Shown here piece after piece: positions 43,505 through 53,190 of a stretch of DNA of 57,532 bases. Position numbers and translations under genes: made by a program. The notes under the pieces were generated by a model that saw only the letters and a list, made by a program, of their open reading frames with translations, did not search any database and was not told the DNA's origin. The stretch's first letter is position 1. The number at the start of each line of letters is the position of its first letter. Source of the stretch: Bacillota bacterium (GTDB taxonomy: Bacteria; Bacillota; Clostridia; Peptostreptococcales; Anaerovoracaceae); the NCBI GenBank assembly GCA_016284575.1, contig JAEEPD010000041.1, positions 1 through 57,532 on the forward strand, given 5' to 3'.

Positions 43505-44242
43505 CTATTCGTGCTCTGCAATGTACTTCTTTGCTCTTTCCACTTCATCCTTGAATATGGCTCTGAACTCAGAGTAGCGCGCGAAAAGCTCCTCCGGATG
43601 GTACTGGACCGCGAAGGTGTTGAAGCCCTCGGATTCGATGCTCTCAACGATGCCGTCCGGAGCCTTGGCACCAACCTTGAAGCCATCAGCCACCCTGTCG
43701 ATGCACTGGTGATGGAAGCTGTTTACATAGTGCTTTTCAGCGCCCAGCAGCGCTGCGTATTTGCTGCCCTCCACAGGATCCACGCTGTGGGTCAGCTCGT
43801 CTCTTCTGAGCATGTCCTGGCCGTGGCAGATGGGGCTCTTGAGCTGGCTGGGGATATCCTGAGTAAGGGTGCCGCCAAAGGCGATGTTTATGAGCTGCAG
43901 GCCTCTGCAGATGCCGAGGATGGGCTTTCCGGCTTCCTTCGCCAGCCTCACCAGCTCGATCTCGAAATTATCCAGTTCAACATTAGTGTGCTTTACTGTG
44001 GGATGGGGCTCCTGACCAAAGAGCCTGGTGCTGCAGTCCACGCCGCCGGGAACCAGCAGGCCGTCCATAACAGCCATGTAGTCCTTTGCAAGCTCCACGC
44101 TGTCACCGGTGACAGGGATGAGCATAGGTACTCCGCCGGCCTCATATATAGCATTGACATAAGAAGAATTGAATACGAATCTTGATGCAAGATCGCCCTT
44201 CTTGTTCGCGGTAAAGCACATTCCGATAACAGGTTTTCTCAT
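43505..44242 (-). CDS. Class I glutamine amidotransferase / gamma-glutamyl-GABA hydrolase family (peptidase C26)
   Basis: GICRGLQLINIAFGG (nucleophile Cys), VNSFHHQ, and HPE at the C-terminus. Confidence 0.8.
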   Translation of the reverse strand: MRKPVIGMCFTANKKGDLASRFVFNSSYVNAIYEAGGVPMLIPVTGDSVELAKDYMAVMDGLLVPGGVDCSTRLFGQEPHPTVKHTNVELDNFEIELVRLAKEAGKPILGICRGLQLINIAFGGTLTQDIPSQLKSPICHGQDMLRRDELTHSVDPVEGSKYAALLGAEKHYVNSFHHQCIDRVADGFKVGAKAPDGIVESIESEGFNTFAVQYHPEELFARYSEFRAIFKDEVERAKKYIAEHE

Positions 44243-44262
44243 GAGTATATATCCTCCGTAAT

Positions 44263-44291
44263 AAAAAATGCCTGAGTATTATTCTCAGGCA
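44263..44291 (-). terminator. Intrinsic terminator of the GH25-PspC operon
   Basis: On the minus strand: tgcctgag-aataata-ctcaggca followed by TTTTTT. Confidence 0.6.
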
Positions 44292-44304
44292 ATATTATAT
44301 GCTA

Positions 44305-45234
44305 TTACTTGTCCTTTGTAAACAGAATGTAGCAGCCTACGATTATCAGAACTATGGCAAACACGGGCAGATGTCTGAAGAAACGCTGAAGTATCCACAT
44401 GACGCCTATTGCCAGCAGGGCCACACCTATGGTCCCCATGGTCTTGCTTCCCGCCTTGCTGCTCTTCTCCTGCTTCGGAGCCTGGGTCTGGCTTGCAGGA
44501 CCCCTGCTCTGATAGCTGTAGCTCTGGGAGGAGCCGCTTTCTGCAGCCGCGCCGGAGGATGCTGACGTGCTGTAGCTGTAGCTGCCTGTGCGCTCTGCGG
44601 AGGTCCGGGTGTAGCCGGTATCCTTTGAAGCGCCTGCGGCTTCAGCCTCAGCCCTTGCCTTTTCAGCCTCGGCCTTTATCTGGGCGGCTGCCTCCTCCAC
44701 GTTTGCGGCATCACCCCTGAAGACTCTCTCAGCCTTGTCCGCTGCTTCCTTGTAGGCATTGAAGGCAGCGGAGCTTTCGGCCATAGCCTTTATATAGTCC
44801 GCGTCCTCCTCCAGATTCTTTCCTGCAGCCTCGGCAGCAGCCTTTACGGTCTGGGCGTTCACAGCTGCCTTTTCAGCGGCCTCCATGGCCTCATCCATTT
44901 CCTTCTGGGCAGCCCTTCTTATCCTTGCAGCGGATTCCGCATCGCCGGCGAACACCGGGTTCACTCTTGTATATGAAGCGGAGCCATCGTATCTTGCCTG
45001 GGGATTCTGAGCGTTGGCGTAGCCTGAAAACTCGTTTGTCACGCCATCGGGCTTCTTGGGAATGACCAGGGCCGCTATGAGATATACCAGAAGGCCGCTG
45101 CCATAGCCGAAGGTCACCAGCACGAACAGCAGTCTTACGATCAGAGAATCGACTCCGAAGTACTCCGCTATGCCTCCGCATACGCCGAAAATGGCCTTGT
45201 CTGTATTCGACCTGTAAAGTTTTCTGTCATCCAT
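44305..45234 (-). CDS. PspC-domain membrane protein with long Ala/Glu-rich coiled region and C-terminal TM pair
   Basis: LYRSNTDKAIFGVCGGIAEYFGVDSLIVRLLFVL (PspC domain). About 130 aa of A/E/K-rich helix, a Ser-rich segment, then two C-terminal TM helices. Confidence 0.75.
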   Translation of the reverse strand: MDDRKLYRSNTDKAIFGVCGGIAEYFGVDSLIVRLLFVLVTFGYGSGLLVYLIAALVIPKKPDGVTNEFSGYANAQNPQARYDGSASYTRVNPVFAGDAESAARIRRAAQKEMDEAMEAAEKAAVNAQTVKAAAEAAGKNLEEDADYIKAMAESSAAFNAYKEAADKAERVFRGDAANVEEAAAQIKAEAEKARAEAEAAGASKDTGYTRTSAERTGSYSYSTSASSGAAAESGSSQSYSYQSRGPASQTQAPKQEKSSKAGSKTMGTIGVALLAIGVMWILQRFFRHLPVFAIVLIIVGCYILFTKDK

Positions 45235-46251
45235 TTAATTCCCCTCCGCTCCGTAATCCTTGAAAGCGATATTCAGATCTACATCTCCTGTTATGCCGTT
45301 GACTCTTCCGGTGCTGCTGTACTGCCATACACCGAATTCGTAGGGGAAGAAGGGTCTGTTGAAGTACTGGGCGAACCACTTGTCCACCTTGGTGAGCCTT
45401 GTAAGGTCCAGCTCCTCGATGAACCAGCGGATGTTGCAGTAGAGCATGGGCGTGTGACCTGCCTCAATAATTCTGGAGCAGAAGGCCAGAGTATAGGTGG
45501 TCCTCTCCTCCGCAGTGAGATCCGAAGTCCTTGCCTTGCCGCTGGCATCCTCGATGTCCAGAACTATTGGCCAGGATACCCTATAGGGCCTTATCATATC
45601 CAGCACGTAATCCGCCTCTTCCAGGGCTTCCTCTGTGCTGATGGCCTGGGTCACGAAGTAGATGCCCACCTCTATGCCGTTCTTCAGGGCTCCCTCGATG
45701 TTCTTTTCGAAGCAGCTGTCCTGCACCAGCTTTCCGGTGCCGTAGCCCCTGTAGCCTGCTCTTATGAATACGAATTTTACACCATCAGCCGCCACCTTTT
45801 CCCAGTCGATATCGCCCTGGTACTGCGAAACGTCTATGCCCTTGATGGAGGTGGTGACCCCGTTCTCCTGGTATTCAAATTCCTTTCTTGTGGTCCCCAC
45901 ATTCACCAGATTATCGAAATCGTAATCGGATCTGGGCATGTCATCGTCAATGTAGACGTAGGTGTAATTCCCCAGTCTGTCCTTGAAGATTATCCTGTCA
46001 CTGAAAAATCGCTGGACGAATTCCCAGATGGCTGAACTGGACTGGGCGTACTCAAGCAGCTTGCTCACAGGCACGGTGACAGTCTCCTCAACGGCCTCGG
46101 GAGTGGTATTTACCTCCTCCTGCTGGGTGTCAGGCTTGATGCCCTCCTGGCCGGTCTCCTGAGGCTGATCGCCGGTCTTAAGACCGCAGCCTGTCAGCAG
46201 CGTCCCTGTTATCAATAATAGTGCTAGTGCTAAAGCCAGAAGCTTTTTCAT
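45235..46251 (-). CDS. GH25-family muramidase (lysozyme) lipoprotein
   Basis: Start at (MP)MKKLLALALALLLITGTLLTGC (lipobox). The catalytic domain is GIDVSQYQGDIDWEKVAADGVKFVFIRAGYRG...GIYFVTQA...DIE. The upstream part of the ORF-track ORF overlaps rpe and is rejected. Confidence 0.8.
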   Translation of the reverse strand: MKKLLALALALLLITGTLLTGCGLKTGDQPQETGQEGIKPDTQQEEVNTTPEAVEETVTVPVSKLLEYAQSSSAIWEFVQRFFSDRIIFKDRLGNYTYVYIDDDMPRSDYDFDNLVNVGTTRKEFEYQENGVTTSIKGIDVSQYQGDIDWEKVAADGVKFVFIRAGYRGYGTGKLVQDSCFEKNIEGALKNGIEVGIYFVTQAISTEEALEEADYVLDMIRPYRVSWPIVLDIEDASGKARTSDLTAEERTTYTLAFCSRIIEAGHTPMLYCNIRWFIEELDLTRLTKVDKWFAQYFNRPFFPYEFGVWQYSSTGRVNGITGDVDLNIAFKDYGAEGN

Positions 46252-46339
46252 TGGCATTATCCTTCCTCTTGAGATGCAGATACAAAATACCCCATGTCCG
46301 TTAAAGACGGTTGTGTGTTTCGTGAAGAATCCATGAAAA

Positions 46340-46996
46340 CTAAAAATGTATGAGCTTTGTGAACTCTCTTGTCCTGGCGGTGACGTCCTCCGCACCGAAT
46401 ACGGCGGAGCCTGCCACCAGTATGTCTGCGCCATTGGCTATGAGGCTCATGGCATTGTCCAGATTGACGCCGCCGTCCACCTCGATGGCGAAATTAAGGC
46501 CGCTCTCCTCCCTCATTTCAGAGAGCTGGGCTATCTTTTCCATGGCCACGGGTATGAACTTCTGACCGCCGAAGCCCGGATTCACGGACATGATGAGAAC
46601 CAGATCCAGGTCATCCAGTATGTAGTCCAGGGCGCCCAGCGGTGTGGCAGGATTCAGAGCCACGCCGGCCTTGATGCCGAAGCTGTGGATGAGCTGCACC
46701 GTCCTGTGAAGATGCACACAGGCCTCCTGGTGCACCACTATGAATTCGGTCTGGGGAGTTACAAAATCAGGTATCCTCTCGTCGGGACGCTCTATCATAA
46801 GATGCACGTCCAGGGGCAGGGAGGTCTTACCCACCAGGCTTTTGACTATGGGGGCTCCGAAGGTTATATTCGGTACAAAGTGGCCGTCCATTACATCGCA
46901 GTGGACCAGATCGGCCCCTCCTGCTTCGATCTTGGCAACTGAATCCGCCAGCGCGGAAAAATCCGCGGACAATATTGATGGTGCGAGTCTTGGCAT
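46340..46996 (-). CDS. rpe: Ribulose-phosphate 3-epimerase
   Basis: LAPSILSADF, HCDVMDGHFVPN, LDVHLM, MSVNPGFGGQKF, EVDGG. Confidence 0.9.
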   Translation of the reverse strand: MPRLAPSILSADFSALADSVAKIEAGGADLVHCDVMDGHFVPNITFGAPIVKSLVGKTSLPLDVHLMIERPDERIPDFVTPQTEFIVVHQEACVHLHRTVQLIHSFGIKAGVALNPATPLGALDYILDDLDLVLIMSVNPGFGGQKFIPVAMEKIAQLSEMREESGLNFAIEVDGGVNLDNAMSLIANGADILVAGSAVFGAEDVTARTREFTKLIHF

Positions 46997-47047
46997 CTGC
47001 TGTTCCCCCTTATGCTTTATCGATTTCCAGGCTGACATATATCCCTC

Positions 47048-47968
47048 TCAGTATTTTCTGCTGTCCTTTATCTCCTGCATCATTGCCTTGTAGCTTTCAT
47101 AGCGGCTGCGGCTGATGCGTCCGTCCCTTACCGCCGCCCGAACCGCGCAGTCCGGCTCCTTAAGGTGACGGCAGTTGTTATAATAGCATTTTCCGATCAG
47201 GGCTCTCATCTCGGGGAAAAGCCCTGCCAGTTCATCCTCCTCTATGCCCAGAGCCTCAAAGGATGTGAAGCCCGGGGTGTCGAAGATCAGAAAGCCGTCC
47301 CCCTCGAAAAGCTCCGTGTGACGGGTGGTATTCTTTCCCCTGAGGTTTTTGCGGCTGATATCCCCTACCTCGGTGATATTTCTTCCGAGGAGCAGGTTTA
47401 TAAGGGAGGATTTGCCCACCCCGGACGGCCCTGCAAAGGCTATCTGCCTGCCGTTTATGGCCTTTTTCAGCTCCTCCAGGCCTGCTTCCTCCGGCCTGCC
47501 TGCCTCCATTGCAGCGGCGCTGACAAACACCATGGGATAGAGGCCTTCGTAGGTCCTCTTAAGGCCATCCAGGTCCGCAGCCTCCGCCAGATCCGTCTTG
47601 TTGACGCATATGAGCAGCTCCGTGTGGGACTGCTCCGCGGCGGCGGCAAAGCTGTCTATGGTCCTGTAGCTGGGAAGGGGATCCTTTGCGGCTATCACAA
47701 GCACCATGAGCTCCACATTGGCAGCGGGAGGCCTGTCGAAGCTGTTCAGCCTTGGCAGTATCTCCTCAACCACCCCCACAGGGTAACTGCCGCCTCCTTC
47801 AAGGTCAGAGCCTGTGTACTCCGGCAGCTCCTCCAGCAGGACCCTGTCCCCCGCAAGAGGGGTTATGCCCTGTTTTCTGAAGGCTCCTCTGGCTTTGCAT
47901 TCGAAGACCCTTTCTCCGCTCTTCACATAATAGAAGCCGCCAACTCCTCTGAGTATAACGCCCTCCAT
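47048..47968 (-). CDS. rsgA: Ribosome small-subunit-dependent GTPase A
   Basis: Circularly permuted GTPase: NKTDL, then GPSGVGKSSLIN, DTPGF. C-terminal zinc finger CYYNNCRHLKEPDCAV. Confidence 0.9.
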   Translation of the reverse strand: MEGVILRGVGGFYYVKSGERVFECKARGAFRKQGITPLAGDRVLLEELPEYTGSDLEGGGSYPVGVVEEILPRLNSFDRPPAANVELMVLVIAAKDPLPSYRTIDSFAAAAEQSHTELLICVNKTDLAEAADLDGLKRTYEGLYPMVFVSAAAMEAGRPEEAGLEELKKAINGRQIAFAGPSGVGKSSLINLLLGRNITEVGDISRKNLRGKNTTRHTELFEGDGFLIFDTPGFTSFEALGIEEDELAGLFPEMRALIGKCYYNNCRHLKEPDCAVRAAVRDGRISRSRYESYKAMMQEIKDSRKY

Positions 47969-50073
47969 TAGAGGACTTCTCCGGTCTCAAAGTTTACGGA
48001 GTACTGATACATGACCACATTTCCAAAGCGCACCACGACTCTGCCGTTGGGGCCCCTTCCGGAAACGCTGAGTATCTTGCTTCCCTCGGACTTGTGAACG
48101 TTTTCAATGAGAGTCCTGGGGTCTCCGATGCCGTCGTTTACATTCACCTTCAGCTCGAATTCATCCTCTGTGGCCTTGCTCAGGTCCACAGGGATGGCCA
48201 CGGATTTCAGCTCGTACCTGCTGTCAACTCCGTCGTCGGGCTTGGTCTCGCCGCCCTGACTGTCCTGGCCGCCCTGAGACCCCTGACCATCATCAGGCTT
48301 GGTCTCGCCGCCCTGAACAGGGTCTGTGACGGCAGGCTCGGTGGGAGTCTCCTCCACAGGAGGCTTCTCGGGCTCAGGCTCCTTGCCCATGCTTATGACT
48401 ATATCCACGGACTGACCCTCGCTCAGAACAGTATCCTTGTCGGGATTCTGATCGCAGATCCGTCCCTCTTTTATCGTATCGCTGTAGTCCTGGCTCACCA
48501 CGCCAAGGGAAAGGCCCAGCTCCTCCAGAAGGGTCTTGGCTTCAGCCTCGGTCATGTTGGACAGGTCCACCTTGATTTCCTTGCCCTTGCTGACAACCAG
48601 GTCCACGGAGGTCCCGTCGGACATGCTGGAGCCTGCGGCGGGGTTCTGGCTGATGACCCAGTTGGTCTCTATATCCTCGTTGGGCACATATTTGACCTCG
48701 CCGATCTTAAAGCCCATGCTTTCCAGCTTGTATCTGGCGTTGGCATAGCTTTCGTTCACCACGCTGGGCACGGCCTTTACGGCCTCTCCGGCATTCACCG
48801 TGACCTTTACGCTCTGGCCCTCCTTGACCGTGGTGCCTTCCGAGGGTGACTGGGTGGTTATCTGGTTCGGAGCAAAATCCGCGCTCCTTACGGTGTTCTG
48901 CTTGGTTATCTTAAGGCCTATCTGAGCCAGCTGCCTTTCAGCCTCATCGTAGTCAAGGCCCACAACCTTGGGAACGGTCACGTTTTCAGGCGGCTTTACG
49001 GTCTCGCTCACGTTTTTAATCATCCTTGCCACCAGGCTGCTGACCGGGAAGGCAAGCAGCAGAGCAAGCAGAATGGCTATGGCTATCTGTATCAGAAGCT
49101 TTTTCTTAGCGTCCTTGTCGTCGCCCTTCTTTTCCTCTCCGTCGGCTTCGCTGCCCTGAGCCTCTTCGCCGTCCTTCTGCCTGTCGCCGTCGTGAGCCTT
49201 GATCACAGAGGCTGCAGCCTCGCCCTCTTCGGCCTTAGAGCCCACGATCCTGGAGAACTTGATGAAGTTCAGCGCGGTGATCATCTCGTCCGCGTTCTTG
49301 TAGCGGTTCACCTGAAGCTTGTCCGTGGCCTTGAGGATGATCTCCTCCAGATCCGCCGGCACGTTGGGATTGATCTCCGAGGGAGGTACCATCTCCTCGT
49401 TCATGTGCTTTACAGCCACCTCAACGGCGGTCTCCCCATCGTAGGGGACCTTGCCGGTGACCATCTCGTAGAGCACTATGCCAAGGGAATATATGTCCGA
49501 GCGCTCATCCACATAGCCGCCTCTGGCCTGCTCAGGGGAGAAATAGTGCACGGAGCCCATAACAGCGCTCTGCTGCTCTCCCACAAAGGTGTCCTGGGAC
49601 ACCTGCTTGGCTATGCCAAAGTCCGTGATCTTCGCAGTCCCGTCCTTTGTGATCATAATGTTGTGGGGCTTCACATCCCTATGGATGAGCTGGTGCTTGT
49701 GGGCTGTGGAAAGGGCCGATGCCACTTCCTTCGCGATCTTTACAGCCCTTCTCGGCTCCAGAGCGCCCTCCCTTGCGATGATCGTAGAAAGAGGCTCGCC
49801 CTCGATCAGCTCCATTACGATGTAATAGATGTTCCCCTGCTTTCCTACATCGTAGATGTTGACGATGTTGGGATGCACGATGCTGGCAGCCAGCTGGGAT
49901 TCATTTTTGAAGCTTTCGATGAAGAGACTGTCCTTGGTGTACTCCGGACGAAGTATCTTGATAGCCACCAGACGGTTGAGCAGCCTGTCCCTGGACTTGA
50001 AGACCACGGCCATTCCGCCCTCACCTATCTTTTCCAGCAGCTCATATCTTCCTGCTAATATCCTGTTTGCCAT
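47968..50073 (-). CDS. prkC: Ser/Thr protein kinase with PASTA repeats (PrkC/Stk1 type)
   Basis: GEGGMAVVFK, VAIK, HRDVKPHN, DFGIA, single TM. Three PASTA-like repeats, a low-complexity linker and a C-terminal beta domain. Confidence 0.9.
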   Translation of the reverse strand: MANRILAGRYELLEKIGEGGMAVVFKSRDRLLNRLVAIKILRPEYTKDSLFIESFKNESQLAASIVHPNIVNIYDVGKQGNIYYIVMELIEGEPLSTIIAREGALEPRRAVKIAKEVASALSTAHKHQLIHRDVKPHNIMITKDGTAKITDFGIAKQVSQDTFVGEQQSAVMGSVHYFSPEQARGGYVDERSDIYSLGIVLYEMVTGKVPYDGETAVEVAVKHMNEEMVPPSEINPNVPADLEEIILKATDKLQVNRYKNADEMITALNFIKFSRIVGSKAEEGEAAASVIKAHDGDRQKDGEEAQGSEADGEEKKGDDKDAKKKLLIQIAIAILLALLLAFPVSSLVARMIKNVSETVKPPENVTVPKVVGLDYDEAERQLAQIGLKITKQNTVRSADFAPNQITTQSPSEGTTVKEGQSVKVTVNAGEAVKAVPSVVNESYANARYKLESMGFKIGEVKYVPNEDIETNWVISQNPAAGSSMSDGTSVDLVVSKGKEIKVDLSNMTEAEAKTLLEELGLSLGVVSQDYSDTIKEGRICDQNPDKDTVLSEGQSVDIVISMGKEPEPEKPPVEETPTEPAVTDPVQGGETKPDDGQGSQGGQDSQGGETKPDDGVDSRYELKSVAIPVDLSKATEDEFELKVNVNDGIGDPRTLIENVHKSEGSKILSVSGRGPNGRVVVRFGNVVMYQYSVNFETGEVL

Positions 50074-50082
50074 AACTGCCTC

Positions 50083-50814
50083 CTAGGAGATCCTGACACA
50101 AACGACTGAAATATTGTCTTTTCCGCCGTTTTTATTGGCTTCATCGACCAGCTGTTTGGTCAGGCGATGCATCGTTTTATATCGGCTGCAGAGCTGGGCT
50201 ATCCGGTCCTCCTCCACCTCGGAGTAGAGACCGTCGCTGCACAGCACCACTGTATCAGCCGGGTAAAGCCTGAAGGAGAAAAAGTCCGGCTGCGCCGTTT
50301 CCTCTCCGCCAAGGGCTCTTGTAATCTGGTTTCTGTCGGGACTGGTCTTCGCATCCTCCTCGCTGAGGACCCCTGAGCGGACCAGCTCCATCACCACGCT
50401 GTGGTCCTGGCTGATCTGCCGCATTATGCCGTCCCTTACCAGGTAGCAGCGGCTGTCCCCTATATTGACCACGAAGGCGGTGTCCTCCCTGATATACAGA
50501 AGCACGCAGGTGGTCGCCATGCCGTAGCGCCTGCCGGGCTTTTGAGCCTCGGTGTAGATGCGGCTGTTGGCAAGGACCATGCACTCCTCGAAATAGGCCT
50601 TCAGAGCCTTGTCTCCCTTCACATCCTCCGGAGGATTGCTCATGGCATAGTCTGCGATGGTCTCCACAGCCATGCGGCTGGCCACCTCGCCGGAGTTATG
50701 GCCTCCGACGCCGTCGGCGACTATGTAGAGCTGATGTTTTGGGACAACAAAGACCGAATCCTCGTTGCTCCTTCTGAGCATGCCTCTGTCTGTTTTAAAA
50801 CCTACACTTATCAT
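50083..50814 (-). CDS. stp: PP2C-family Ser/Thr phosphatase (Stp/PrpC)
   Basis: RRSNEDS, VADGVGGH, NIGDSR, LCSDGL, GGKDNISV. Confidence 0.9.
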   Translation of the reverse strand: MISVGFKTDRGMLRRSNEDSVFVVPKHQLYIVADGVGGHNSGEVASRMAVETIADYAMSNPPEDVKGDKALKAYFEECMVLANSRIYTEAQKPGRRYGMATTCVLLYIREDTAFVVNIGDSRCYLVRDGIMRQISQDHSVVMELVRSGVLSEEDAKTSPDRNQITRALGGEETAQPDFFSFRLYPADTVVLCSDGLYSEVEEDRIAQLCSRYKTMHRLTKQLVDEANKNGGKDNISVVCVRIS

Positions 50815-50826
50815 TCTCTGATCCTT

Positions 50827-52185
50827 TTAACCGATCCTTTTTATCAATGCCATGTAGAATCCGTCGGGGCCGTCCTTTTCGGTGAAGAGCTGCTTCTCGC
50901 AGACCAGCTCGAAGCCCCTTCGGCCTTCGAGGAAGCGCCTTACGTTTTCACAGTTTTCCGCCGGATTCACAGTGCATGTGGAGTAAAGCAGCTGCCCGCC
51001 CTTTTTCAGGCAGCCTGCCGCGTTTTCAAGTATTTTCTGCTGAAGGCCCGGGAGCTGCTCCAGTCCTTCGGGCTCCTCCTTCAGCTTTATCTCGGGCTTT
51101 TGCCTTAATGTGCCAAGGCCCGAGCAGGGCACATCCGCCAGGACTCTGTCAGCGCTTTCCGAAAGCTCCGGCCTGAACACCGAGGCATCCCCCGCCTCCG
51201 CCCTTATGATCCCTATGTCAAGCCTTCTAGCCTGAGCCTCTATCAGCCTGACCCGCTCCGGATAGATATCGAAGGCCAGCACCTGACCCTCACCGCCCAT
51301 GGCCTCTGCCATGGCGCAGGATTTGCCGCCGGGAGCGGCGCAAAGGTCTATCACCCTCTGACCGGGCTTTGGATCCAGCAGGCTCACCGCCAGCTGGGAG
51401 GCTTCTCCCTGAACGGAAAAATTCCCTTTGCGGAAGAGCTCCGTATCCAGCAGACCGCTGCCCTTAGCCTTAAGGCCCGCCGGGACATCCTCCAGAGGGG
51501 AGGTCTCAAAGCCTATGGCACTAAGCCTTTCCGCCAGTTCCTCCCTGCTGTTTTTTAACACGTTCGCCCTTATGACCAGGGGCGCGGGAGTGACGGAGGC
51601 ACCGAGCAGGGCTTCCGCCTGCTCTCTGCCGTAGGATGACAGCCACAGCTCTGCTATCCAGGGCCTGACCGAATATTCCACGCTTAGCCGCCTTATGAGC
51701 CTGTCATGATATTTTGCCGCAGCCCTGGACTTGGCGCTTTCCGCAGCAGCTTTGCCGGAGGGTACATTTTCTGCGGCTTCCGGGCTTTCCAAAAGAGTGG
51801 GCAGCCGAAGCTTTTTGCCGTCCCTTATGTAGCTCCTGAGGACTCCGTTAACGAGCCCCTTCTGGGAGGCTGCAAATCTTGCCGCAAGCTCAGTGCTGCT
51901 GTCCGCAGCCGCGTAGTCCGGTACGCTGTCCATAAAGAGAAGCTGATAAAAGCCCAGACGCAGTATTATTCTTGCTGCTATAGATATAGACGGTTTTTTC
52001 AGGTAATAGTCAATATTGAAGTCCAAAAGCAGCTGGTTTCTCAGGGCCCCGTATACAAGTTCACGCACAAAAGCCGGAGCGTCTGCACTCTCCTTCGAAA
52101 AAAGCTTTGAGATGGCCATGTTGGACCAGCTTCCGTTTTCAGTTTCCTTCAGGGCCAGATAGGCCAGCTTCCTGTCCTTGTCCAT
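50827..52185 (-). CDS. rsmB: 16S rRNA (cytosine967-C5)-methyltransferase
   Basis: NusB-like N-domain, SAM site DLCAAPGGKS, catalytic DVPCSG and STCT motifs. Confidence 0.85.
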   Translation of the reverse strand: MDKDRKLAYLALKETENGSWSNMAISKLFSKESADAPAFVRELVYGALRNQLLLDFNIDYYLKKPSISIAARIILRLGFYQLLFMDSVPDYAAADSSTELAARFAASQKGLVNGVLRSYIRDGKKLRLPTLLESPEAAENVPSGKAAAESAKSRAAAKYHDRLIRRLSVEYSVRPWIAELWLSSYGREQAEALLGASVTPAPLVIRANVLKNSREELAERLSAIGFETSPLEDVPAGLKAKGSGLLDTELFRKGNFSVQGEASQLAVSLLDPKPGQRVIDLCAAPGGKSCAMAEAMGGEGQVLAFDIYPERVRLIEAQARRLDIGIIRAEAGDASVFRPELSESADRVLADVPCSGLGTLRQKPEIKLKEEPEGLEQLPGLQQKILENAAGCLKKGGQLLYSTCTVNPAENCENVRRFLEGRRGFELVCEKQLFTEKDGPDGFYMALIKRIG

Positions 52186-52203
52186 ATAGCTCCAAATTAT
52201 ATT

Positions 52204-53190
52204 TTAACAGAGCACGGTGCCAATTTCAATTTTATTGCCTAAAAGAAAGGCCGAAACATCCATGGCTTTCTTGCCCGGAAGCTGAATATTGGTAAAGACT
52301 GCTGCCTCACCCTCTCCGCAGGCTATCACAAGGCCCTTTTTGTCCGCCTTAAGCACGGTTCCGGGGGCTGGTGAGGCTGCGTTCTGAAGCTTCGCGGCGT
52401 TTTCCAGAAGACCGGGAAGCTCCTGCTCCTCTGAAGGAGTAAGCAGCCGTGCCTTGTGGACCTTCATCACCCTGTCTCCCAGGCTGCAGTATGCGGAGGG
52501 CCAGCTGTTCATGGCCTTGACCCTGCAGTATACGGCTCTGGCAGGCTCGCTGAAATCTATTTTTCCGTCTTCCTTTTCTATTCTGGGGGCCCAGCTTGCC
52601 CTGCTGTCATCCTGAGGGATGCGCTCAGCCCTTCCGGCCTCTATCAGCGGAAGCTGCTCCATAAGAAGCTCTGCTCCCAGCTGAGCCAGTTCAAGAAACA
52701 GCTCATCGGAGGTCTTGTCATCCGCCGGGGTGGATGCCTTGGCTATCATATCACCCGCATCCAGGGCCTCCTCCATATACATGAGGGTGACTCCCAGCTC
52801 CTCCTTGCCCTCCAGGATGGCCCTCTGTATAGGAGCCGCGCCTCTGTATTCGGGGAGCAGGGAGCCGTGGATATTGATGCAGCCAAGCCTTGGTATGTCC
52901 AGTATGGCCTTGGGAAGCAGCATGCCGTAAGCAGCCACCACTATAAGGTCCGGCGCCAGTGTCCTCAGCTTTTCCTCAATAGACTTATCGCCCTTGAGCC
53001 TTTCAGGCGTCTCCACCTCAAGACCAAGCTCCAGAGCCCTGGCCTTGACCGGACAGGCCTGCAGCTTTTTGCCTCTGTCCCTTGGCATGTCAGGCTTTGC
53101 CAGGACCAGAGGTATCTCGTGTCCTGCCGCAGCAAGAGCATCCAGGGCAGGGACTGCAAACTCCGGGGTGCCCATGTAAACTATCTTCAT
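52204..53190 (-). CDS. fmt: Methionyl-tRNA formyltransferase
   Basis: MKIVYMGTPEFAVP, CINIHGSLLPEYRGAAPIQRAI. 1-nt overlap (TAATG) with def. Confidence 0.9.
   Translation of the reverse strand: MKIVYMGTPEFAVPALDALAAAGHEIPLVLAKPDMPRDRGKKLQACPVKARALELGLEVETPERLKGDKSIEEKLRTLAPDLIVVAAYGMLLPKAILDIPRLGCINIHGSLLPEYRGAAPIQRAILEGKEELGVTLMYMEEALDAGDMIAKASTPADDKTSDELFLELAQLGAELLMEQLPLIEAGRAERIPQDDSRASWAPRIEKEDGKIDFSEPARAVYCRVKAMNSWPSAYCSLGDRVMKVHKARLLTPSEEQELPGLLENAAKLQNAASPAPGTVLKADKKGLVIACGEGEAAVFTNIQLPGKKAMDVSAFLLGNKIEIGTVLC

Noticed and set aside
46252-46434. 59-62 extra N-terminal residues on the GH25 ORF that overlap the 3' end of rpe.
   Set aside because: The extension has no RBS and overlaps rpe coding sequence. 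The downstream Met gives a proper lipoprotein signal with a GGAAGG RBS.
48230-48320. Short direct repeat (cttggtctcgccgccctga, two copies) in prkC encoding GGETKPDDG...GGETKPDDG.
   Set aside because: It is a small low-complexity duplication in the linker between the PASTA repeats and the C-terminal domain. There is no evidence of function beyond a flexible spacer.
50815-50826. Absence of rlmN between rsmB and stp, compared with the Bacillus yloM-yloN-prpC order.
   Set aside because: Gene order in this block varies among Firmicutes, and rlmN is probably encoded elsewhere. This is not informative from the window alone.
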